The notes under the pieces were generated by a model. The model was not told the origin of the DNA, made no database searches, and worked only from the letters and a program-made list of their open reading frames with translations. A DNA stretch of 46,000 bases, taken from positions 1 to 46,000 of the forward strand of contig JBHHYI010000011.1 in NCBI GenBank assembly GCA_046757525.1. The letters are read 5' to 3'. Made by a program: the position numbers and the translations under genes. Positions 36,930 through 46,000 of the stretch are shown piece by piece; within the stretch, counting starts at the first letter, position 1, and every line of letters begins with the position of its first letter. Source of the DNA: a bacterium (GTDB lineage: Bacteria > Zhuqueibacterota > Zhuqueibacteria > Oceanimicrobiales > Oceanimicrobiaceae).

Positions 36930-38831
36930 TTACTCCTCGGTAGGCAGCAATATTCTGAAGGTAGTTCCTCGATTTAGTTCGCTCTGCACATGAATGTCGC
37001 CTTCATGTTCGGTCATAATTCGATAAACAATCGAAAGCCCTAAGCCAGCCCCCTGGGGCTTTGTAGTATAAAAAGGGTTAAAAATGTTCGCAATTCTCTC
37101 CGGTTTGATGCCTTCGCCGGTATCGGTGAGATCGACCCGGGCATAAAGGGCCTGCTTGTTTTTTACCGGAAACGGTCGCCCCCTGCGGTCCACACGCCTT
37201 ATGGTAGTGATTTCCGGGCGGGCATCCAGGCGCAATTCACCGCCTTGTGGCATGGCATCCAGCGCATTTAAAACCAGGTTGATGAATATTTGTTGGATTT
37301 GGTAAAAATCCACATAAATCAACGGAAGTTCTGGATCGTAGTTCTCATAGAACTGAACCGATTGGCCCCGCAGCCGATTATCTAACAAAGCCACCGCCTC
37401 CTGCACGATTTCCTGCAAACGGTGATACTTGCGATCCGGTTGCCTTGGCTTGGCATAAGAAAAAATCGTCTTCAACAGATCGTCCATGCGGTTGACCTGA
37501 CGCACGATTCGGGACAAATACTCGCGCCTGGAGTCATCCGGTTCGATTTCTTCTTCCAGGGTCTGCGCAATGGTTTTAATGCCGGCCAACGGATTCCTTA
37601 TTTCGTGCGCAATGCCGGAAGCCAAAACGCCCATGGACGCCAGGCGATCCATGCGCTGCACTTCTGCTTGCATCTGCTTGATCTGGGTAATGTCTCGAAA
37701 TGAAATGATCGTCCCCACCCGATGATTCAGGTTGTCCATGCGTGGCGTTACGGTAAATCCCACGTAAACTCGCTGGCCATCATTTGCTGTCAGCCGCATC
37801 TCCCGATTTAACAGCGACTGTTCCGGGTCGTCAAAATTCGGGATCAATCTTCTGCATTCCTCTTCAGGAAAAATACTTTCTAACGATTTGCCTAAAACTT
37901 CCTCCAGAGTGAATCCCAACAACTCTTCAGCATTGTTATTGAACGAGGTAATCTTACGCTCCAGGTCCAGAGTAATTAAGCCGGAGCCAATACTTTGAAT
38001 GATACTTTCGTTAAAGTTTTGCAGGTCGATGATCTCTTGTTCCAGCTCCTTGCGTTCAGTGATATTGCGAGCAATGCCCACACAGCCAACGACCTGTCCT
38101 TTCTCGAAAATAGGATTGATGTTCGTGGAAAGATAGAGGGTTCCCCCGTCGTGGTTCACCCGGACTTCAAAAATGCTGGACCTACCCTGCAACGTCTTGA
38201 AAAAGTTCGTCTTCGCATTTTCACAGTCCGCAGGAACGATCAAATCAAAGAAGCTGCGTCCCAACCACTCCTCCCGTTCGCCCCCGGTGAGGTCAGGCAG
38301 CCGTCTGTTGATAAACGAGAAGTTCCCCTCCGGATTTAAGGTGAAAATCAAATCGCTGGCGTTTTCTATCAAATCTTGATATTTGTATTCGGTGCGTTTG
38401 ACCTGCTGCTCCTGTTCGCGATTCTTCGTCCGCAACTGGTGCAGGATGAACACGTTGTCGATGACATTCAGCAGTTCCTTGTTACCAAAAGGTTTCACCA
38501 GGAAGGCACTCAGACCCATGTTAAAGAGCGCTTCCCGTTCCACCTCATCTTCAGATTTGGCCGTGAGCATAATAATAGGAATTTCGCGCACGAGCTTGTA
38601 TTTGGGATCGCTGACCATTGTTTGCATGAAATCAAAGCCGTTCATCTGAGGCATCATGTAATCCAATATGATTAAATGCGGCTTCCTGGCCAAAAGCAGC
38701 TGCAAACCGGTCTCTCCAGAAGTAGCCGGAATGAACATGTAGCCTGCTTTTCGTAAAACAATGCCTGCAATTTCCAACATGTCGGGATCGTCGTCTACAA
38801 ACAAGATTGCTTTATTCCTGGCCATCTTCAT
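36930..38831 (-). CDS. Cytoplasmic histidine kinase REC-PAS-PAS-HisKA-HATPase (NtrB/AtoS-like)
   Basis: N-terminal REC, two PAS domains, 'IAHEIRNPL', 'NLVLNALDAM', 'DTGEGI', 'PFYTTKPQGAGLGL'. Confidence 0.93.
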   Translation of the reverse strand: MKMARNKAILFVDDDPDMLEIAGIVLRKAGYMFIPATSGETGLQLLLARKPHLIILDYMMPQMNGFDFMQTMVSDPKYKLVREIPIIMLTAKSEDEVEREALFNMGLSAFLVKPFGNKELLNVIDNVFILHQLRTKNREQEQQVKRTEYKYQDLIENASDLIFTLNPEGNFSFINRRLPDLTGGEREEWLGRSFFDLIVPADCENAKTNFFKTLQGRSSIFEVRVNHDGGTLYLSTNINPIFEKGQVVGCVGIARNITERKELEQEIIDLQNFNESIIQSIGSGLITLDLERKITSFNNNAEELLGFTLEEVLGKSLESIFPEEECRRLIPNFDDPEQSLLNREMRLTANDGQRVYVGFTVTPRMDNLNHRVGTIISFRDITQIKQMQAEVQRMDRLASMGVLASGIAHEIRNPLAGIKTIAQTLEEEIEPDDSRREYLSRIVRQVNRMDDLLKTIFSYAKPRQPDRKYHRLQEIVQEAVALLDNRLRGQSVQFYENYDPELPLIYVDFYQIQQIFINLVLNALDAMPQGGELRLDARPEITTIRRVDRRGRPFPVKNKQALYARVDLTDTGEGIKPERIANIFNPFYTTKPQGAGLGLSIVYRIMTEHEGDIHVQSELNRGTTFRILLPTEE

Positions 38832-40381
38832 CAGACCACAGGTCGTTTCATTTGAGGCGATACGGGTAAGGTAAAATAGAATTTGCTGCCTTCATTGGGC
38901 CTGGAAGTGACGCCCAATTCGCCTCCGTGCAATTCAATTAATTTCTTAGAAAGACTCAAACCGACTCCGACACCGCCATAAATACGCGTTGGCGAGCTAT
39001 CCCCTTGCCTGAATTCATGGAAGATTTTTTCCTGGTCATCAACTGGGATGCCGATACCCGTGTCGGACACATAGAATTTGACCGCAGACGGGGCGCGTTC
39101 CGCACCTACTTCCACGCTGCCGTCGTGAGTAAACTTGATCGCGTTGCCAACCAAAATCACCAGTACCTGGTAAATGCGTCGAAAGTCAACATACAAGAGG
39201 GGCAAGTTTTTGTCACAATGCCGCTTCAGGGCCAGGCCGTTGTTCTTGGCAATGGGCGCAACGGTGCCAAGCGTCGCATCGATCAAATCGTAAGGCGAGC
39301 AAAACTCATATTCGAGTTTCAACTGGTTGCTCTTGATTTTTGAGAGGTCTAATATTTTTTGCACCAGTTCCAGCAGGTTGGAAGCACAGCTTTTTATGTT
39401 TTCCAGGGCAGAAAGCTGGCGTTCGTTGAGTATGCCGTACACGCTGTCCAGCAACAATTCAGAATAGCCCAGGATGCCATTCAATGGGGTGCGAAATTCG
39501 TGGCTGATGTTAGAAACGAATTCCGTTTGCACCCGGGTGCTTTCTTCCAGGCGCATGTTTTTCGCCTGGATCTCAATGCTCAACTGTTTGATTTTCGCGT
39601 CCCGCTCTTCCAGTATCTTCTGAGCTTTTTTTCTTTCGCGAATGTCCCGCGAAATCACCTCGAAACCCACCAGTTTCTTGTGCTTCAGAACGGGTGAAAT
39701 ACTCAGCTCAACGGGAATCAACGCATTGCCTTTTGTTTTGATTTCCAACTCTAACTGCTTATCCCAACGCAAGTTCTTATGTTTTCTAAGCTGACTTCTC
39801 ATGATCCTGTCACCGTCTTCTGGCAGGATGTAGCTGATGTGTTTGTGCAAGAGTTCGCCTCTTGAATATCCAGTGAGTTCTTCAGCCTTGCGGTTTACGA
39901 AGGTAAACAGCCCATTCTTATCGTGAAAGGAGATGGCATCCCGCGCATTCTCAACAAACTCGATGAAGCGCCGGGTGGCGGCGTCTAACAAAGTCGACCT
40001 GTTTTTGGCCAACAAGGCGTCTTGTACGATCTGTGGCAGAGCCTCCAGGTTTTCAGTCGATTTGACGATGTAGTCCAAAGCTCCGCACTTCATGGCCTTG
40101 ACCGCAGCCTCCTCATTGCCGGCGCCGGTAACAATGATGAACGGTGTGCTCAGGCCGTTCTCACGGGCAAGCTCTAAGAAATCGAAGGCATCCATGTGAG
40201 GAAGAACTAAATCGAGCAGCAGCAGTGAGTATTTCTTTTGCGCCAACCGTTCCAGGGCCAACTGCCCGGTTTGCACCCATTCCAAGGCCACCCGATTCCC
40301 CGCGCTCTGGAAGCTTTTGAGAATCAGTTCCGCATGATCCTCGTTGTCTTCTACCATGAGAATCGTGTTCTTCTCGTTCAA
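38831..40381 (-). CDS. Cytoplasmic histidine kinase REC-PAS-HisKA-HATPase
   Basis: REC 'MVEDN..LLDL..VTG..VKS'; PAS; 'SHEFRTPLNGILG'; 'GNAIKFT'; 'DTGIGI'; 'GVGLSLS'. Confidence 0.93.
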   Translation of the reverse strand: MNEKNTILMVEDNEDHAELILKSFQSAGNRVALEWVQTGQLALERLAQKKYSLLLLDLVLPHMDAFDFLELARENGLSTPFIIVTGAGNEEAAVKAMKCGALDYIVKSTENLEALPQIVQDALLAKNRSTLLDAATRRFIEFVENARDAISFHDKNGLFTFVNRKAEELTGYSRGELLHKHISYILPEDGDRIMRSQLRKHKNLRWDKQLELEIKTKGNALIPVELSISPVLKHKKLVGFEVISRDIRERKKAQKILEERDAKIKQLSIEIQAKNMRLEESTRVQTEFVSNISHEFRTPLNGILGYSELLLDSVYGILNERQLSALENIKSCASNLLELVQKILDLSKIKSNQLKLEYEFCSPYDLIDATLGTVAPIAKNNGLALKRHCDKNLPLLYVDFRRIYQVLVILVGNAIKFTHDGSVEVGAERAPSAVKFYVSDTGIGIPVDDQEKIFHEFRQGDSSPTRIYGGVGVGLSLSKKLIELHGGELGVTSRPNEGSKFYFTLPVSPQMKRPVV

Positions 40382-40394
40382 GGCTAATCAGCCC

Positions 40395-41054
40395 TCAATC
40401 GTCCATCTCTATTCTGTTCATGATGCGCTTGGGTCCCACATCCTTGCTCGTTTTCTCCGCATCGATCTTCTTGAGAAGCTTTCTACCACAATTGTAAATG
40501 GCCATCAAATCGAGTTGCTGTCGTTCGTTCAGTTCTCCTTCCACACCCTCTAAAAGGGATTTCGAAAGACCAACAATCGAATTGACGGAATCCTGCAATT
40601 CTTCTTGAAAAACGCCCGGATGGGAGCCCTGAATAGTCCTTTCGGTCATCGCCTTTTTTCTTGCACGAGCTAATTCGATTACATTTTGTATGACAGCTAT
40701 CAATTCTTTGTGACCAAAGGGTTTCTTCAGATAGGCCCACAGGCCTAATTTGAACAAATACCTGATTTCATCAAAACTGCCGTCCCAGGCCGTCAGAATT
40801 ACGACGGGTGTGGATCGTACTTTTTCGAATGATTTGTCTGTCGCAATGGTACGAATGAATTCATCTCCTTTGACATCTGGCAAAAGATAGTCCAGGATGA
40901 TTACGTCGGGCCGGTGCGATTTCATCTTCTCGAACCCTTCCAGCGCCGTGTTGGCCGATAGGAATTGGAAGCCTGCGTTTTCAACAACTTGTTGACCAAT
41001 TGTTAGCATGTCCCTGTCATCGTCGATCAAAAGAATCTTGTGTTTGTTCATCAC
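40395..41054 (-). CDS. Response regulator fused to a His-less DHp (HisKA-like) domain
   Basis: Intact REC; the C-terminus aligns without gaps to the neighbouring kinase DHp with H replaced by E; no ATPase domain. Confidence 0.8.
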   Translation of the reverse strand: MMNKHKILLIDDDRDMLTIGQQVVENAGFQFLSANTALEGFEKMKSHRPDVIILDYLLPDVKGDEFIRTIATDKSFEKVRSTPVVILTAWDGSFDEIRYLFKLGLWAYLKKPFGHKELIAVIQNVIELARARKKAMTERTIQGSHPGVFQEELQDSVNSIVGLSKSLLEGVEGELNERQQLDLMAIYNCGRKLLKKIDAEKTSKDVGPKRIMNRIEMDD

Positions 41055-41066
41055 ACCCGAGTCGAT

Positions 41067-42563
41067 TTAGTTGGGGCTGAGATTTACCATATACTCATCG
41101 GTTTGTTCCAAAGCCATGCCGTTGGTCTTGGGCAGGGTAACCGTAAAGGTCGACCCTTCGCCAAGTCGGCTCCTAACCTGGACTTTCCCGCCATGGATCT
41201 CGATGATTTCTTTCACCAGGGAGAGCCCTAAACCAGAACCGGTGATGTCGCGAACCTTTTCGTTGTCGGAAGCGCGATAGAATTTGTCGAAGATGCGTGC
41301 CACCGACTTCTCCGAAATGCCAAATCCAGTGTCTTCAAATTCAACGCTCAAATCATTTTCATTGTCTTTGATGCGCACGAAAACATGGGCATTTTCGGGA
41401 CTGTATTTTACGGCATTCGAATACAGGTTTAGGATGACCTGTTCCATCATATCGCAATCCACATTGATCGTTGAGATGGACGGTGGCGTTTGCAGGGTTA
41501 CTTTTATGTGCTTCTTCTGGGCCAATTGAGAATTGAAATCCAACACTTTTTCAACAAGAAATTTCAAATCCACTGGCGACTTGTGAACCTGACTCTTGCC
41601 GGCCTCGATCTTGGAAATATCCAAAAATTTGTTGATGAGCTCGCTCAAACGGTTGGATTCTTTGAGAATGATGGCTGCGTATTCTTCCGATTGTTCACGA
41701 GAGGCGGGCGGATCCAACAACAGTTCGCTGAAGCCAGAAATAGAAGTGAGAGGCGATCGCAACTCATGGGCCACCAGAGAGACCAGTTCTGTTTTCATGC
41801 GATCGATCTCTTTCTCCTTAGTGATGTCTCTCAAGACTGTTACGATGCCCATCAATTCCCGTTTGTCGTTCAGGATCCGTGCTGCCCGCGCTTGTAGAAC
41901 GATTTCCTTCCAGCCCTGGTTTGGCTTGATGTTGATTTCGATTGACTCGTACTTCATTTTTTCGCGCGACTTGAAATCGCGAATGAATTTGAACAGTCTT
42001 CTGTTGGGGATCATCTTTTCAATGGGTTGCTCCACAACATTCTTGTCCAAAAGGTCGAACCATTGCTCCGCAACGTAGTTGATCAGCACGATTCTGTGTG
42101 TGGCATCGGTAACGATGACGCCGTCGGCGATATTTTTCAAAATGGTTTCGGTCTTGTTTTTTTCATTGATTATTTTGTTTAAATTCATGTAGTACAGGCG
42201 GCGCAACTCTTCGGTCATGTAATTGAAAATTTTTGCCAGCCGACCAATTTCATCGTCGGACTCCACCTTGACTTTGTGAGAAAAATTCCCCCTGGCGATT
42301 TCGGTGGCACTCTTGATGAAATGGGTGATGGGCTGCACGATGTTCTTGGTAAAGTAGTAGGTCCCTAACGCTGCCAGCACCAACGCCAGGCACAAGAGGC
42401 CGTAAAAAACCAGCGACGATTCGCGCGCTGTTCCTGGCGCTATGCCCTTCTCGATGTAGAAGAAGTACATCCAGGAGAGCGTTAGAGGCAGAACCGCTAC
42501 CAACAAAGTCAACGCGAATAGTTTCTTAAACAGCGTGTTTGTTTTAAGATTGATGAGCTTCAT
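41067..42563 (-). CDS. Membrane histidine kinase HAMP-PAS-HisKA-HATPase (WalK/PhoR-like)
   Basis: Two TMs with a short loop; HAMP 'DEIGRLA..FN.M'; PAS; 'AHELRSPLTSI'; 'SNAVKYS'; 'GSGLGL'; ATG at 42563 preferred. Confidence 0.93.
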   Translation of the reverse strand: MKLINLKTNTLFKKLFALTLLVAVLPLTLSWMYFFYIEKGIAPGTARESSLVFYGLLCLALVLAALGTYYFTKNIVQPITHFIKSATEIARGNFSHKVKVESDDEIGRLAKIFNYMTEELRRLYYMNLNKIINEKNKTETILKNIADGVIVTDATHRIVLINYVAEQWFDLLDKNVVEQPIEKMIPNRRLFKFIRDFKSREKMKYESIEINIKPNQGWKEIVLQARAARILNDKRELMGIVTVLRDITKEKEIDRMKTELVSLVAHELRSPLTSISGFSELLLDPPASREQSEEYAAIILKESNRLSELINKFLDISKIEAGKSQVHKSPVDLKFLVEKVLDFNSQLAQKKHIKVTLQTPPSISTINVDCDMMEQVILNLYSNAVKYSPENAHVFVRIKDNENDLSVEFEDTGFGISEKSVARIFDKFYRASDNEKVRDITGSGLGLSLVKEIIEIHGGKVQVRSRLGEGSTFTVTLPKTNGMALEQTDEYMVNLSPN

Positions 42564-42573
42564 AAATTCCCCT

Positions 42574-43524
42574 CTATGAATCTGCAAAAATCGTGTTTCT
42601 GCCCGCTTGTTTGGCGCGATACAAGCGTTGATCCGCCATGTTGACTAAGGTGTCAAATTCTTCGCCATCTTCCGGAAAGGTAGCCACGCCCATGCTGATG
42701 GTGATTTTCCCATTCGGCTGCGTATCTTCATAGTCAAAATCCTTTTCTTCCACCAGTTTCCTGATCTTCTCCGCAACAATCCTGGCAGCGTTTTTGTTCG
42801 TTTCAACCAGTACTAACACGAATTCCTCGCCGCCGTATCGGGCAGCTAAATCGATGTTGCGAATATTATCCATCAAAAGGCGTGCAATGTTTTTCAATAC
42901 CACATCCCCGGCCGGATGGCCGTTGGTGTCGTTGAAATGTTTGAAATAATCGATGTCAATCATGGCCACCGACACATTGATCTTGTGCCGTCGGGCTCGA
43001 CGCAATTCTTGCTGCAGATGCTCTTTAAAATAACGGTAATTATACAGGCCGGTCAAACCATCGGTTATGGCCAACTGGCGCAACTCCTCTTTAGCTTTTT
43101 GCAACTGCAGAACCTTGTCCTGAAGTTCATCGTGCAAGTACTTTATTCGCAACAACGAACGCACCCGGGCCAGCAATTCCAGCTTGTTGAAGGGCTTGCT
43201 GATGAAATCGTCTGCACCGGATTCCATGCCTTTGATCTTGTCTTGCAGCTCATTGAGCGCGGTCACCATGATCACCGGGATAAAATTGGTTTCTTCATCC
43301 TTCTTGATGATATTGCAAACCTCAAACCCGTTTTTCTTGGGCATCATGACATCCAACAGGACCAGGTCGGGCCGGGATTCTCGAAGCTGTTCAAGGGCCT
43401 CTTCGCCGTCACTTGCGGAGATTACGCGGTAACCTTCAGAAGACAGATAGGTGGTAAGCAACTGGATGTTCACAGGAACGTCATCAACGACGAGTATGGT
43501 CTTGATTTTGGAGTCAGGTGCCAT
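42574..43524 (-). CDS. REC-GGDEF diguanylate cyclase (PleD/WspR-like)
   Basis: REC; coiled coil; 'DGLTGLYN'; 'DIDYFK.FND..GH..GD'; I-site RNID; active site GGEEF. Confidence 0.95.
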   Translation of the reverse strand: MAPDSKIKTILVVDDVPVNIQLLTTYLSSEGYRVISASDGEEALEQLRESRPDLVLLDVMMPKKNGFEVCNIIKKDEETNFIPVIMVTALNELQDKIKGMESGADDFISKPFNKLELLARVRSLLRIKYLHDELQDKVLQLQKAKEELRQLAITDGLTGLYNYRYFKEHLQQELRRARRHKINVSVAMIDIDYFKHFNDTNGHPAGDVVLKNIARLLMDNIRNIDLAARYGGEEFVLVLVETNKNAARIVAEKIRKLVEEKDFDYEDTQPNGKITISMGVATFPEDGEEFDTLVNMADQRLYRAKQAGRNTIFADS

Positions 43525-43553
43525 GATGCGGTGCTACATATACTCCCTGTTTT

Positions 43554-44996
43554 TTACACATGCTTAATGTTCAATTCACGAACGGCCTTAGCCTCGTTTA
43601 AACGGGAAACCGGGGTTGTGTAAGGAGCACCTTTAACCTTTTCAGGGTCTTCTTCAATCTCTTTTAAGATCTGCAACATCGCCTCCGCAAACGCATCCAA
43701 AGTCTCTCTGGTTTCCGTTTCGGTAGGTTCAATCATGATAGCTTCTCGAACAATTAGAGGAAAGTAAATGGTGGGGGCGTGGAATCCGTAATCCAGCAGT
43801 CTTTTCGCTAAATCGGCAGTTTTTGCTCCATGCTTGCGCAGTTTATCTCCTGAGAGAACAAACTCGTGCATCGCAGGGCCCGCGAATGGTAAGGTAAAAC
43901 GGTCCTTGAGTCGGCTCATCAAATAGTTGGCATTGATGATGGCGTTTTCACTGATTCGCTTTAGACCCTCGGCGCCGTGCATCCTGATGTAGCTGTACGC
44001 CCGCACAAACATGCCGAAATTGCCGTAAAAAGAACTGATCTTGCCAATGGATTTGGGATAATCATAATCAAACTCGAACTTATTGCCATCTGATTCGATC
44101 CTTGGCACCGGCAAAAAATTCACCAGCCGATGGCTTACGGCCACCGGGCCAGCGCCGGGCCCGCCGCCACCGTGAGGCGTTGAGAAGGTCTTGTGCAAAT
44201 TGATGTGCACCACGTCGAAACCCATGTCGCCAGGTCTGACAAGTTGAAGCAAGGCATTTAAGTTGGCGCCATCCATGTACATCAACGCACCAACATCATG
44301 CACGAGCCGCGAAATCTCTTTGACCTCCGTTTCAAACAGTCCCAGCGTGTTGGGATTGGTGAGCATTAAAGCAGCCGTGTCTTCGTTCAGGTTCTCTTTG
44401 AGGTGGGCCATGTCTACTCTGCCCCGAGCATTCGACCGGATTTGTACTGAATGGTAGCCGGAGTTGGTCGCGCTGGCCGGATTGGTGCCATGGGCGGAGT
44501 CGGGAATCAGCACGTTTTTTCTTTTGCGCCCTCTGTCCTCATGATAAGCGCGAATCATCATCAAGCCTGTCAGTTCTCCGTGCGCCCCGGCAGCCGGCTG
44601 CAGACTCACCGCTTCCATGCCGCTGATTTCCTTCAAATATTCGCTCAACTCATGCATGAGCCGCAACGCCCCTTGCACCGTGGACTCAGGCTGCAACGGA
44701 TGAATGCCGGCAAACCCGTCGAGCCGCGCCACATCTTCATTGACCAGAGGATTGTATTTCATCGTGCAGGATCCCAGCGGATAGAATCCTTTGTCGATAT
44801 GGTGATTGAGCACCGACAGCCGTACGAAATGCCGGACGACCTCCAATTGCCCTAATTCGGGAAGTGCGGCATCCTGATCACGTAAGAATCTTTGCGGGAT
44901 TAGTGCTTCAGGATCCTGTTCGGGAACATCTAATTTGGGAAGCGTGACCGCCTTTCTTCCAGGTGAACTCATTTCGAACAGCAATTCTTCGCTCAT
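43554..44996 (-). CDS. gcvPB: Glycine dehydrogenase (decarboxylating) subunit 2
   Basis: '[12 protein letters not shown]', 'QPAAGAHGE', 'SAHGTNPAS', PLP-lysine '[16 protein letters not shown]', 'MIEPTETE'. Confidence 0.96.
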   Translation of the reverse strand: MSEELLFEMSSPGRKAVTLPKLDVPEQDPEALIPQRFLRDQDAALPELGQLEVVRHFVRLSVLNHHIDKGFYPLGSCTMKYNPLVNEDVARLDGFAGIHPLQPESTVQGALRLMHELSEYLKEISGMEAVSLQPAAGAHGELTGLMMIRAYHEDRGRKRKNVLIPDSAHGTNPASATNSGYHSVQIRSNARGRVDMAHLKENLNEDTAALMLTNPNTLGLFETEVKEISRLVHDVGALMYMDGANLNALLQLVRPGDMGFDVVHINLHKTFSTPHGGGGPGAGPVAVSHRLVNFLPVPRIESDGNKFEFDYDYPKSIGKISSFYGNFGMFVRAYSYIRMHGAEGLKRISENAIINANYLMSRLKDRFTLPFAGPAMHEFVLSGDKLRKHGAKTADLAKRLLDYGFHAPTIYFPLIVREAIMIEPTETETRETLDAFAEAMLQILKEIEEDPEKVKGAPYTTPVSRLNEAKAVRELNIKHV

Positions 44997-45087
44997 CTAC
45001 ATGGCTATTGTCGGTGATAATATGCTGTGGTTTAAAAGGATACTTGCTGCTACGCAAGTGGTCAGAAATCGCCCACTTCGAAAGATA

Positions 45088-45170
45088 AAATTACAATTTA
45101 ATTTGTTGATTGTCAAGAAATATTTGATAAATCCAAGTTAAAGTATGTTAACAATTTAGGGAAACGTCAA
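45088..45170 (-). promoter_or_regulatory. Two putative sigma70 promoters upstream of gcvPB
   Basis: TTGACG-N17-CATACT (45170-45142) and TTGACA-N17-TAATTT (45116-45088). Confidence 0.45.
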
Positions 45171-45324
45171 GTAGACTGCAAAATTTCGCGACGCTTGCAA
45201 ACAGTTCATTGGAACAATTTTAACCTGAGAAATCGAGGGCAGCGGCTATTGCCATGTCAATTTAATTATTACTCAATTCCTGTCCGATATTCGACCAGTT
45301 TACCAATCGATCTTCTTGCACGCG

Positions 45325-45654
45325 TTAAGCGGCAAGTCCTGTTTCATACCATCTAACCTCTTTCTCCACGTAAGGACGAATGTAAGGGCTCAAACTTCCA
45401 TGAGTGATCAACTCCACTTTTCTGCAGAATAGCGCTTCAAGACTAAAGGCCAGGTCCATAAAATTATCAAAGTCAGGCTTAGCAAATTCAACCAGGAAAT
45501 CTAAATCGCTGTTTTCTTCCTGCTCTCCTCTGACGTACGAGCCAAACAATCCTATCCTCTTAACGCCATATTTTCGCAAGACGTCTCTGTGCTCACCCAG
45601 AATCTCCAATATTCGTTGTCCTGTAAGCGCTGTGTTTTCATCAATTTCCGTCAT
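45325..45654 (-). CDS. Minimal nucleotidyltransferase (MNT/MntA-like antitoxin)
   Basis: 'YGVKRIGLFGSYVRGEQ...SDLDFLVEF...LE.LF.RKVEL'. Confidence 0.88.
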   Translation of the reverse strand: MTEIDENTALTGQRILEILGEHRDVLRKYGVKRIGLFGSYVRGEQEENSDLDFLVEFAKPDFDNFMDLAFSLEALFCRKVELITHGSLSPYIRPYVEKEVRWYETGLAA

Positions 45655-45764
45655 GAATGCCTCAAATTGGATTATTGTGATTTATGCAGCATAACAAGAT
45701 AGGCTGTAATTTTTCAATTTCAAAGGAAAAATTGAGCCGGACCGTAGAGTAAAATACCTTCTCC

Positions 45765-45945
45765 AATTAAACACCGAAGAATATTGAGTTTTTCTCATTT
45801 AGGCAGTATCTGCCCTTTCGGTGACTTTCGGTGTTCAATTCTTTTTCCCAATTAAGCGCCGAAGAACATTGAGTTTTTCTGAGCTTGACAGAGAGAACCT
45901 GTGAGCCGTTTGCGGTGACTTTCGGTGTGCTTTCGTGTTTCAATT
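45765..45945. repeat. Two tandem copies of a palindromic ~76-96 bp repeat
   Basis: AATTAA(A/G)C(A/G)CCGAAGAA(T/C)ATTGAGTTTTTCT...CGGTGACTTTCGGTGT...TCAATT at 45765-45840 and 45850-45945; the ends of each copy are complementary. Confidence 0.8.
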
Positions 45946-46000
45946 TAGGTCTCAGCGCAGCAGGGTCAGCTTGCGCACTGTGCGAAAGCTTCCGGCTTTC

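Noticed and set aside
44997..45324. Glycine riboswitch expected upstream of gcvPB
   Set aside because: No GGAGA...CCGAAG...CTCTCAGG aptamer was found; only an isolated TTTCTCAGG.
45765..45945. Possible CRISPR array
   Set aside because: There are only two long, imperfect, self-complementary units, no repeat-spacer periodicity and no cas genes.

Overview
This 46 kb bacterial window looks like an FCB-affiliated lineage such as KSB1, Calditrichota or Ignavibacteria. That placement is inferred from a C-terminal 'PNYPNPFNP' sorting domain, a DUF4292-TPR gene pair and a Bacteroidota-type kinase. The left half holds secreted proteins, a MacA/MacB-like pair, envelope glycosylation genes (Wzx, GT2s, YfhO, a CDP-alcohol phosphotransferase, a sulfatase-like enzyme), a glycosylasparaginase, rpsT and guaB. 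The right half holds the most striking item, a two-tier minus-strand locus. Tier one follows gcvPB: REC-GGDEF, three histidine kinases, a REC fused to a His-less DHp, and an NtrC-family activator. A consensus sigma54 promoter with an IHF site and a candidate UAS then precedes tier two, a terminator-bounded six-gene operon. It encodes REC-DUF4388(PatA_N), an orphan ParA/Soj, a single REC protein, a pseudo-Hpt scaffold, an archaeal FtsZ1-like GTPase fused to a His-less Hpt-like domain, and a second pseudo-Hpt scaffold ending in a probable amphipathic helix. I do not recognise this architecture as a described system. It may be a signal-controlled accessory cytoskeleton, division or differentiation module. 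All family calls are by eye from motifs; no searches were run.
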